Position numbers and translations under genes: made by a program. From Tetramitus jugosus (lineage: Eukaryota > Protista > Heterolobosea): a DNA stretch of 64,000 bases. The notes under the pieces are model-generated. The model saw only the letters and a program-made list of their open reading frames with translations, was not told where the DNA came from and ran no database searches. The stretch is from assembly GCA_937625935.1 (NCBI GenBank), contig OW569384.1:1-64000 (forward strand), written 5' to 3'. Below are positions 55,748 through 64,000 of this stretch, piece by piece. Positions within the stretch are counted from its first letter, which is position 1. Each line of letters begins with the position of its first letter.

Positions 55748-57691
55748 TCAGGAATTACAGTCGCTCAGCGAAACTTGAGCAATCCAGGTGTTGAATGGTT
55801 CTTGACCGGCCATGCCACATGTAACGACAACATAGTCTCCTCGAACACCCTTGAATGAAACGTTCGAAAAGAACCCAGCAGCTGGTGAAAGTCTCTCTTC
55901 AGGTAGAGGTCGCAACCAAGACCAAGTGTCCCGTCTAGGATCAAACTCTATGACTGAGATCGCATTGTCCCAATTGGATGTTCTCCCTCCGAAAAGAACC
56001 AATCGGTCATTGATAACTAAACTGGATGTTTCGACATGGGATCTTGGCATAGGTTGACTAGAGAATTGAGTCCAAGTTTTAGATGCAATGTCATACACGT
56101 GGGACAATGATTGATGTAGAGTTCCTGGAGCAGGATCATGATTGAATTGTCCACCAGATACATAAATCTTGTTGTTAATGGTTCGTCCCTGGATATGATT
56201 TCTGGGAAGAGGTAAACCCGGTTCTTCGACCCATGAGGCCTCAGAGTTCTTTAGATCAAGTACCCAATGCTTTTCATTCGCAGTTGCTCGATCTGGCTTC
56301 ACCCCACTAATGTAATGCAGCTTGTGTTCATTGTCAATGACTAGAGACCCACTGGCAATACTCTCTGGAAGATCGGGCATACTGGAAAACGAGTCTTGTA
56401 TTGTGTCATACCGGAACACTTTGTTGGTGGCTGGTCCACCATTGCCTCCAATGAAACCACCACCCAAGAAGATGTATCTTGCTGTTTGACCAGATGGTGG
56501 AGTTGTCCAGGCGACACTTTGGATATGGGTGATTCCTTGAGAAATAGGGAAGTCTGTCCTTTGCTCCCAAGAGTCTGATTCTATATCGTAGGCATCGACT
56601 CTGGGAGAACTTGTGAGGGTTATCGAGTTGAAGCCAGCAAAAAGGAACAACTTAGTCCCTAGAGCCACGGCTGCTCCTTCACTGTGAACTACTGGAGAGG
56701 GAGTGCCGTCCATCCAAGGATTTAACTTGTTGCAACTATTGGTTGGTAAATTCGGACCCAATGAGTCTGAATTCACTAGAACAAGCTCCAATGCTGATAA
56801 AATGGCTGGGTTGCTAGCTCCTGTTACTTTTACTTCAATAGTCCCTTCGTTCGTGGAGGAATGGTATGCTGTCTTACTTAATGGCGCGAATCTCTTGCCA
56901 GTGTTGGACAGTACATCCAATCCTTGTATCACTGCATCGTTGTTAATGTAAACTGTCAGAGCTCTAGAGCCAGCACTAACTGATTCATCATTCTCTGACC
57001 AATACAAACTAACACGATACAATCCGGTCTTGACAGAAAATTTATAGGTAATTTCCTGTCCTGTCCTGTATGACTGATACAATTCCTGTACTGGAGTAAA
57101 GAGAATCTGATTGGCTACTTTCTTCACCATTGTTCCGTCAATGTTCTGATCTGCGGCCCACTCTCTTCCATCGCTGTCCCTAACAGATACACCACCTACA
57201 TTGATTCGGATCGAAAAATCTTCCACTTGGTCATTTTCATTGCCACCACCTGTTGGAGGCGGTGGTGGAGATGGAGGTAGTGGTGAAGACATGGATGGAA
57301 CAGATGGCACAGATGGAGAAGGTGATACCTCAGGTTCAGGAGTGTCGATCAGAGGTATCAATTGATCTCCTTTGCAATGGAATTCACTCGGCAAATAACA
57401 TGCTATAAAACAAGCAGAGAATTGTGGAGGACATAGTAGTCCTTCACTGGAGCAAGAGAGAAGATCGGGGTCATAGCATGTCCCCTGACAGCAGCACCCA
57501 GTTGAACAAGAAACATTTAGTTGGTTCATTGAGCAATGGTGAGATGTAGGACATGTGCCATTCACATTGAAGATCTCTCTTTTGCTCGGAGGTAATTGCT
57601 TGGTTTGAATAGCGTGTCCCTTTGTAGTGATAGGGCGAAGGCAGCAACAAGAAAGGAACACCAACAATAGGGCAAAGGTAAAGGACTTCAT
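55748..57691 (-). CDS. Secreted Cys-rich module + Pro-rich linker + malectin + Kelch propeller protein
   Basis: Signal peptide; CY.P..C module; IRINVGG..W.AD..LYQSYR..V.LYWSE malectin; repeated GG/Y/W Kelch blades. Confidence 0.8.
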   Translation of the reverse strand: MKSFTFALLLVFLSCCCLRPITTKGHAIQTKQLPPSKREIFNVNGTCPTSHHCSMNQLNVSCSTGCCCQGTCYDPDLLSCSSEGLLCPPQFSACFIACYLPSEFHCKGDQLIPLIDTPEPEVSPSPSVPSVPSMSSPLPPSPPPPPTGGGNENDQVEDFSIRINVGGVSVRDSDGREWAADQNIDGTMVKKVANQILFTPVQELYQSYRTGQEITYKFSVKTGLYRVSLYWSENDESVSAGSRALTVYINNDAVIQGLDVLSNTGKRFAPLSKTAYHSSTNEGTIEVKVTGASNPAILSALELVLVNSDSLGPNLPTNSCNKLNPWMDGTPSPVVHSEGAAVALGTKLFLFAGFNSITLTSSPRVDAYDIESDSWEQRTDFPISQGITHIQSVAWTTPPSGQTARYIFLGGGFIGGNGGPATNKVFRYDTIQDSFSSMPDLPESIASGSLVIDNEHKLHYISGVKPDRATANEKHWVLDLKNSEASWVEEPGLPLPRNHIQGRTINNKIYVSGGQFNHDPAPGTLHQSLSHVYDIASKTWTQFSSQPMPRSHVETSSLVINDRLVLFGGRTSNWDNAISVIEFDPRRDTWSWLRPLPEERLSPAAGFFSNVSFKGVRGDYVVVTCGMAGQEPFNTWIAQVSLSDCNS

Positions 57692-58024
57692 GTTTCTTGT
57701 TTGTTTCTTGGTTCAACAACTAAAATATTTCACCACTTCCATTGGAAAAAGAAACGACATGTTCGGGACACCCTTTGAATACATTGTAAATTTAGCAGGA
57801 TGGAATTAATTCTCGGAGAAATGTCATGCTATTTTTTGCGCATCCAAATTCATTGAAGTAGGTGAAGTAAATCTTGGTTTTTACACACCTCCGCTTCCGA
57901 TCCAAAAAGCGCAAATCGCATTTTCCCATCAGAGAAAAAAACAGAGCACACAACAACACTCTTACACCAACCCAAAAAAATAATCACACGGTAGCGAATC
58001 CACATACAAACAACCACACACAAA

Positions 58025-61000
58025 ATGGGTAAAAAAGGGAAAAAGAACGAAGAAGACTACTTGGCTTCACTGGCCGGAGAGGACGAAGAAGAACAAGTCA
58101 CTACCACTCCACAACCAACCAACAACAAAAAGCAACAAAAGAACAATAAGAAATCTGTTGTGAGTGATGATGATGATGAAGACAACAGTGAAGAGGAAGT
58201 CATGGTTTCAATGAAGCCAAAAAAGCAACAACCAAAAAAGAAGAAGGGAAATGCACCTTCAGCCAAAACCAACGCCTTTGCATTGTTAGACGACGATGAA
58301 GACAATAATATGCCTGCTAGCGATAGTGACAATGATAACGAAGACAGTGAAGACGATTTTGTTGCCAAACCAAAGACAAAACCAAACAAGAAACAAAAGA
58401 AGAAGCAACAAAAGTCCATGATTGATGATTTGGACGAGGATGATGAGTCTGTTGCTGCTGTCGATCAAAAGAGTGACGAAGAGGAGAGTGATGATGACTA
58501 TGTTGCACCACCAACCAAATCAAATAACAAGAAGAAGAAGGGTGGCGCTGCTGCTGCTGCTTCTGCTTCTACTACTGCCAAGAAGGCACCTCAAGGCAAG
58601 AAGGGAAAGAAGGGCAAGAATGATGACGATTATTTATCATCACTCGCCGCTGCTGACGAAGAAGAGAATCAAGACGCTGCCGTCACGCAATCCGCTTCAA
58701 AGAAGGGAGGAAACAAGGTCGAAGACGACGATGACGAAGACGATGGTGGAATTCCTCTGGATCAACGTGATCCATCCACTCTCTCTGCCAAGGAGAAGAA
58801 GAAGTTGAAGAAGATGCGTCAAAAGGATGAGAAGAAGGAAGAGAAGAAGCCTGCTGAGAAGAAGAAGGACGAAAAGAAGAAGGACGAGAAGAAGAAGCCT
58901 GCCGCTGATGAGAAGAAGAAACCTGCCGAGGAGAAGAAGGGTGGCGCACCTAAAAAAGTCAATGCCGGTATTGCTGCATTGAAGGCTGCCATGGAGAAGA
59001 AGAAGCAGGAAGAAGAGAGAATCAGACAGGAGGAAGAAAGAAGAATTCGTGAAGAAGAAGCTGCTCTCAAACTCCTAGAAGACCAAAAGAGACAGGAAGA
59101 ACTCGAAAAGAAGAAAATAAAGGATGATAAGAAGAAGAAGGAACTTGACTTGAAGAACAAGGGTCTGTGGAAGAGCAAGAAACAACTCGAGCAGGAAAAG
59201 ATGGCTCGTTTGAGAGCAGAGTCCTTCATTGCTCAGGGTTTGATTCCTGGAAGAGAACCAAGTAGCAAGAAGAAGCCAGCTGCTCAAAAGAAGCCTGCAG
59301 CTGAAACTAAGAAACCTGCAGCACCTCAACCAGCCAAGAAGGTTGCCGAACCAACCAAGCCAAAGCCAGTCGAAGAGGAACAACCAACTCCTCAGGAACA
59401 TGATGAGGATGAGTATGGTAGTGCATTCGACAACGAGCCAGAGGCTACACCTGTCGAACAAGCTGCAGAAGAGGAGGAGGACGAAGGTGTCGAGGACTGG
59501 GAAGATTTGGAAGATGTGCTCGAGGATAAACCTTCTGCAAAGGAGGAAGAAAAGAAGAAGCAACAAGCAGCTGCAGAGGCCAAGAGAAAGCAAGAGGAAT
59601 TGGCCAAGAAGAAGGCACAAGAGTTGGCCAACAGGAAGGATGATGATAGTCAAAAGGATGAGGACTCCCAAACATCTGACGATGTCAACAAGCACAAGGG
59701 CAACGCTGATTTGCGTTCTCCAATTTGTTGTGTCTTGGGTCACGTCGATACCGGAAAGACTAAGCTACTCGATAAGATTAGAAACACCAATGTTCAAACT
59801 GGTGAAGCTGGTGGTATTACCCAACAAATTGGTGCCACATATGTTCCAATTGATGCCGTCAAGCGTCAAACAAAGAGGTTGAATGAATTGACCAAGGGCA
59901 AGCTCCAGTACAACCTTCCTGGTTTGCTGATTATTGATACTCCAGGTCACGAGTCTTTCACGAACTTGCGTTCTCGTGGTTCCTCCCTCTGTGATATTGC
60001 CATTCTTGTCGTCGATATTCTTCACGGTCTCGAGAGACAGACATTGGAGAGTATTAATTTGTTGCGTCAAAGAAAGACTCCATTCATTGTCGCTCTCAAC
60101 AAGATTGATACTATTTATGGATGGAAGGCAACTCCAAACAGTCCAATTAAGGAATCTTTGAAGAATCAACCAAAGCACACCTTGGAACAGTTCGAGGAGA
60201 ATGTCAGAAAGACTATTGCTCTTTTCAATGGTGAAGGTTTCAATGCTGAGTTGTACTACAAGAACAAGGACATTCAGAATTATGTCTCTCTTGTGCCAAC
60301 ATCTGCCATCACTGGTGAAGGTTTGCCTGATTTGTTGGCTCTCATGTGTCAACTCTGTCAAAAGCACATGGTCAAGAGAATTACACTGCAATCCAAGTTC
60401 CAATGTACCATCTTGGAAGTCAAGGTTATTGATGGTCACGGTACTACTATCGATGTCATTCTGAGTAACGGTATGATCAGAGAAAGTGATCGTATTGTCG
60501 TATGTACACTCAATGGTCCAGTCGTAACATGCATCAGAGCTCTTCTTACACCTCAGCCATTGAAGGAATTGAGAGTGAAGGGTGAGTACGTGCATCACAA
60601 GGAGATTCGTGCCTCCCAAGGTATCAAGATCTCTGCTCCTGATCTGGAAGGTGCTGTTGCTGGTTCTCAAGTGTTGCTCGTGAGAGATGGTGATGATGTT
60701 GAGGAATTGAAGGATGAGGTCATGTCTGACTTGAATGATCTTTTGAGCAGAATTGCAAAGACTGGTAAGGGTGTGTACGTCCAGAGTAGTACTCTGGGTT
60801 CACTGGAAGCTCTCTTGGAATTCTTGCACTCTGAAAAGATTCCAGTCTCCGGTATCAACATTGGTCCTGTTCACAAGAAGGATATTGTCAAGACTAGTGT
60901 CATGCTCGAAACTCATCCAGAGTATGCGGTCTTGCTTGCTTTCGACGTTCCTATCAGCAAGGAAGCTGAAGACGAGGCACAGAAGATGGGCGTGAAGATT

Positions 61001-61492
61001 TTCAGGGCTGATATTATCTATCACTTGTTTGATCAATTCATGGCTCACACAACAAAGATCAAGGAAGAAAAGAAGAAAAACACCGAGAAGGAAGTTGTTT
61101 GGCCATGTGTTCTCAAGATTTCGGAAACCAACGTTTTCAGACAAAAGGATCCAATTACTGTTGGTGTCGACATTGTCGAAGGTGTGTTGAGACTCAACAC
61201 ACCACTCGTCATTCCAACCAGAGGATTCCTGTCTATTGGTAGAGTGATTGGTATTCAACATCAAAAGGTCAGTTTGAGAGAAGCTGAGAGAGGAAAGAGT
61301 GTAGCCATCCAGATTGACGCTGGTAAGACGATACAGTACGGCCGTCACTTTAACCACTCTGATCTCCTTTACTCGAGGTTGACCAGAGACAGTATTGATA
61401 TGTTGAAGGAATTGTTTGGTGATGAATTGAAGAAGGATAAGGAACTATTGCTTCTCATTGTCAAGTTAAAGAAGATCCTCAACATCCAGTAA
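58025..61492 (+). CDS. EIF5B: Translation initiation factor eIF5B
   Basis: LRSPICCVLGHVDTGKTK, GEAGGITQQIGAT, DTPGHESF, NKID; K/E-rich N-terminus. Confidence 0.98.
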   Translation: MGKKGKKNEEDYLASLAGEDEEEQVTTTPQPTNNKKQQKNNKKSVVSDDDDEDNSEEEVMVSMKPKKQQPKKKKGNAPSAKTNAFALLDDDEDNNMPASDSDNDNEDSEDDFVAKPKTKPNKKQKKKQQKSMIDDLDEDDESVAAVDQKSDEEESDDDYVAPPTKSNNKKKKGGAAAAASASTTAKKAPQGKKGKKGKNDDDYLSSLAAADEEENQDAAVTQSASKKGGNKVEDDDDEDDGGIPLDQRDPSTLSAKEKKKLKKMRQKDEKKEEKKPAEKKKDEKKKDEKKKPAADEKKKPAEEKKGGAPKKVNAGIAALKAAMEKKKQEEERIRQEEERRIREEEAALKLLEDQKRQEELEKKKIKDDKKKKELDLKNKGLWKSKKQLEQEKMARLRAESFIAQGLIPGREPSSKKKPAAQKKPAAETKKPAAPQPAKKVAEPTKPKPVEEEQPTPQEHDEDEYGSAFDNEPEATPVEQAAEEEEDEGVEDWEDLEDVLEDKPSAKEEEKKKQQAAAEAKRKQEELAKKKAQELANRKDDDSQKDEDSQTSDDVNKHKGNADLRSPICCVLGHVDTGKTKLLDKIRNTNVQTGEAGGITQQIGATYVPIDAVKRQTKRLNELTKGKLQYNLPGLLIIDTPGHESFTNLRSRGSSLCDIAILVVDILHGLERQTLESINLLRQRKTPFIVALNKIDTIYGWKATPNSPIKESLKNQPKHTLEQFEENVRKTIALFNGEGFNAELYYKNKDIQNYVSLVPTSAITGEGLPDLLALMCQLCQKHMVKRITLQSKFQCTILEVKVIDGHGTTIDVILSNGMIRESDRIVVCTLNGPVVTCIRALLTPQPLKELRVKGEYVHHKEIRASQGIKISAPDLEGAVAGSQVLLVRDGDDVEELKDEVMSDLNDLLSRIAKTGKGVYVQSSTLGSLEALLEFLHSEKIPVSGINIGPVHKKDIVKTSVMLETHPEYAVLLAFDVPISKEAEDEAQKMGVKIFRADIIYHLFDQFMAHTTKIKEEKKKNTEKEVVWPCVLKISETNVFRQKDPITVGVDIVEGVLRLNTPLVIPTRGFLSIGRVIGIQHQKVSLREAERGKSVAIQIDAGKTIQYGRHFNHSDLLYSRLTRDSIDMLKELFGDELKKDKELLLLIVKLKKILNIQ

Positions 61493-61561
61493 AGACTGTT
61501 TTTTAGCAACAACAATTTTAGATGGATATTATGTTCGTATGATACATGCACTGTGGGTTGA

Positions 61562-62929
61562 CTACAAGCCAGAAACTGGAATGAGCTGATGGCTCAGCCA
61601 CTTGGCGTAGATGGCTCTTCTTATCAAGGATCCATTTGCCATTCGCAAATAGTTCCTGCTGTTGAATCTGTTTCCGATCAGAACAACATTGACATGATGA
61701 AGATCGTACTGGGAAACAAAGGTGGCGTACTCTGGGTTGTTTGTCAACACATCCAACCACTTTTGGACCCAGCATTGATACAAACGATTGATGCGAGCAG
61801 TGAGTTGATTTGGTGACTGCTTCCATCCAACAAACTGTGTCCAATCGCTCGTAGATGCAGCAGTTGTGACAGAGTAGTCCTCTCTCGCAACATCATGCAA
61901 GTCATCAAACATGCGCAACCTGTATTCGTCCATTCCTTCCACTTGACTCTGTTCGCTCTCGTATCTGTGATTACCAAAGTGCTTCTTCTTCTCATTCGTG
62001 TCATCATGCTCTTCTTCCTCGGCATACTCCTCATCTCCCGTTTCTGCTCTTCTCTCGTGCCTTGCCAACAATCGAGATTGAACAAAGAATGCATGTTCTG
62101 ATTCATGTGACATGTGCTCCAATGGAACGTTCATGCACGATTCAAGCACTTGATGAGCATTCCAAATGCCATTGGATTCTGCCTTCTCATGACCAACATG
62201 ACGACTATTAGAGATGCACTTTTTCTCCATTTTCAAACACTCTTTAACCATGTTTTGTTCATCGTTCAATCTCAACAAGACAACCAATCGCTTCTTACTG
62301 TTCACACCACGATGATCATCCGGATTAAACTTGTGAAACACTGGATAGACGTGATCCTTCAGGCTCAACTTTTCTCTCGAAAAGTGATGATCCGACACAT
62401 CTTGATCAATAAAGTACTTGTCCATTCGGTAGAGTCGAGTGTACAGATCCATTAAATCACAATGAAACACACAACAGTCACTCCAACTCAATCCTCTTCT
62501 ACTACTATTGTCACCACCACTAGAATCAATCAATGACTCCAAATTGGTGCACATTCTCTCATAGCTATGCATCTTGTTGTACCAGTTGGTTTCGAGCTGT
62601 AGCATATAGAACAGCTGAGGTTGGATTGCACTGGGATACTTTCTCCTGTGTTGCATCTGCTCTGGATAGTGCACATCACAAATGTATAGCCACAAATCTC
62701 TGCCATGAATGGACTGTAGCTTATAAAAGTTGGAGCTGTCAGCTGTAGTTGACACTTTTTTGGCGCCCTTTTTTTTCCGATCAGTTTTTCGCGCAGAAGT
62801 ATTTTTCGTGTGCAAAAGAGCGAACCATTCCCGATTGAGCCGTTCAAGCTTGTGAATTTCGTCGCCTGGCAAGAAGAAGAGAATATCAAGAATGACGTCT
62901 CTTGGTAGGTCGTTGATTGTCGCTTGCAT
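61562..62929 (-). CDS. F-box domain protein
   Basis: INDLPRDVILDILFFL...L.RLNREW at the N-terminus. Confidence 0.75.
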   Translation of the reverse strand: MQATINDLPRDVILDILFFLPGDEIHKLERLNREWFALLHTKNTSARKTDRKKKGAKKVSTTADSSNFYKLQSIHGRDLWLYICDVHYPEQMQHRRKYPSAIQPQLFYMLQLETNWYNKMHSYERMCTNLESLIDSSGGDNSSRRGLSWSDCCVFHCDLMDLYTRLYRMDKYFIDQDVSDHHFSREKLSLKDHVYPVFHKFNPDDHRGVNSKKRLVVLLRLNDEQNMVKECLKMEKKCISNSRHVGHEKAESNGIWNAHQVLESCMNVPLEHMSHESEHAFFVQSRLLARHERRAETGDEEYAEEEEHDDTNEKKKHFGNHRYESEQSQVEGMDEYRLRMFDDLHDVAREDYSVTTAASTSDWTQFVGWKQSPNQLTARINRLYQCWVQKWLDVLTNNPEYATFVSQYDLHHVNVVLIGNRFNSRNYLRMANGSLIRRAIYAKWLSHQLIPVSGL

Positions 62930-63152
62930 TTTAAAACTGTCTGACAGAATAACAGTGTTGTTGATCAACGTGTGAAAATTTCTTCTTTTCTTGTTTCCAA
63001 GCACTGGGCCGACAGACAGAGCTTCGCGCACTATTTGAAGACAGTCCGCATCTTCCATTGGACATTTGCACATTCAGCCAATTCCTTGAAACAATTCGGA
63101 GAAAAACAGCCAAAAACCTTGCTGCTCTGTTTGAACATTCCAGATCACAACA

Positions 63153-63893
63153 ATGATGAAAAGAGCAACAACAGCAATAGCGATCACGATGAGGGTACCA
63201 CCCACCAAGCATCACTGTCCATCCATGTTGCCAATGCTGATGAACACCAAACGTCTACCACCTGCGACGTTGACTGCCCTTAACAAACAAAGAACATTTT
63301 CATTGCATTGCAATGGACAATCTCTCAGAAAAACAATACTGCAACAATTGTCGTCTGCGGCTGCAGATCAGACCGAAAGATCCACTGCAGTAGTTGCATT
63401 CGATATACCCAAATTCACAATCAACGTGCCTCACCTATTCTCTCCGAGTGCCACTGTCAATGGAAGCAATGAGACAACCAACCGTAGTACTACAAAACCA
63501 ATGACCATTTCGGAGATTGCAAATCTGAGAGTGGGTCAATTTCTGCCAAAGGATGACACTGTTGCGATCGTTGACTGTGGTAATGGATTTTTGTTGGATG
63601 TGAGAGCACAGGACGATGGATTTGTGGAGAAGGTGTTGGTCGAATCGGGTCAAGTGATTGAATGTGGTCAACCCATTGTTCAAATGAGTTGTGCAATTGA
63701 TGAGAAGACGATGCCTGAACTGTTTGCAGAGATGAATGCTTCTCTGGCTCAAACTGCAGATGCATCGGTGATGGATATCATTCTCATATCACTCAAGGAC
63801 AATCGAAAAGCAATCCAACAACTAGCAATGCTCACTGGTGTTCTCTTGTTTGCCATCTTTCTGTTCCTTTATGTCTTTTACTCCACCAAATAA
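63153..63893 (+). CDS. Biotin/lipoyl-like domain protein with C-terminal TM helix
   Basis: VG..L..DD.VA.V...VRA..DG.V.KVLV..G..I..GQPI pattern; hydrophobic C-terminus. Confidence 0.65.
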   Translation: MMKRATTAIAITMRVPPTKHHCPSMLPMLMNTKRLPPATLTALNKQRTFSLHCNGQSLRKTILQQLSSAAADQTERSTAVVAFDIPKFTINVPHLFSPSATVNGSNETTNRSTTKPMTISEIANLRVGQFLPKDDTVAIVDCGNGFLLDVRAQDDGFVEKVLVESGQVIECGQPIVQMSCAIDEKTMPELFAEMNASLAQTADASVMDIILISLKDNRKAIQQLAMLTGVLLFAIFLFLYVFYSTK

Positions 63894-64000
63894 ATCCATT
63901 TTGTTCCGTCCCGATCCCTTTTTAAGACGCTCCTAAACGGGTGGTGCAGGAATCAAGGAACAGATAGGTCACCCTTCCCCGGCACTTAGGACGAAAATCC

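Noticed and set aside
59075-61357. Several long - strand ORFs
   Set aside because: Antisense shadows of eIF5B
63900-64000. GC-richer segment as a possible tRNA/ncRNA
   Set aside because: No cloverleaf or A/B boxes recognised; truncated by the window edge

Overview
Left end of a chromosome from a gene-dense, intron-poor microbial eukaryote. It uses the standard genetic code and short GT-AG introns; the gene style resembles heteroloboseans/Discoba, but that is inference only. Bases 1-924 are a (CCCAAA)n, i.e. TTTGGG, telomere. Directly behind it lies a ~1100-aa tyrosine recombinase (YR) gene with no reverse transcriptase nearby, transcribed toward the telomere. It has a 5' spliceosomal intron and three regularly spaced 14-bp ACACGTGCACGTGT palindromes upstream. 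A second, same-orientation 17-bp telomeric tract at 5131-5147 brackets this ~4.2-kb unit, making it a candidate telomere-targeting Crypton-like YR element (the main finding). A patchwork subtelomere follows to ~11 kb: frameshifted AAA-ATPase-like gene, RasGEF fragment, coiled-coil repeat ORF, hemerythrin. The rest is tightly packed core genes: SDR, mL53, poly(A) polymerase, Acl4-like, TIM44, mitochondrial carrier, FAH-family hydratase, NAT9, BTB-BACK, two UNC93-like MFS paralogs, GT54, SLC12, TMEM120, CDC73, UBA3, Neverland-type Rieske desaturase, eIF5B and an F-box gene. Other notable genes are candidate NPAT-like, SPO16/PTD-like and KNL2/SANTA genes and two secreted proteins sharing a Cys-rich glycan-binding-like module. 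All family calls come from motif recognition by eye, not database searches.
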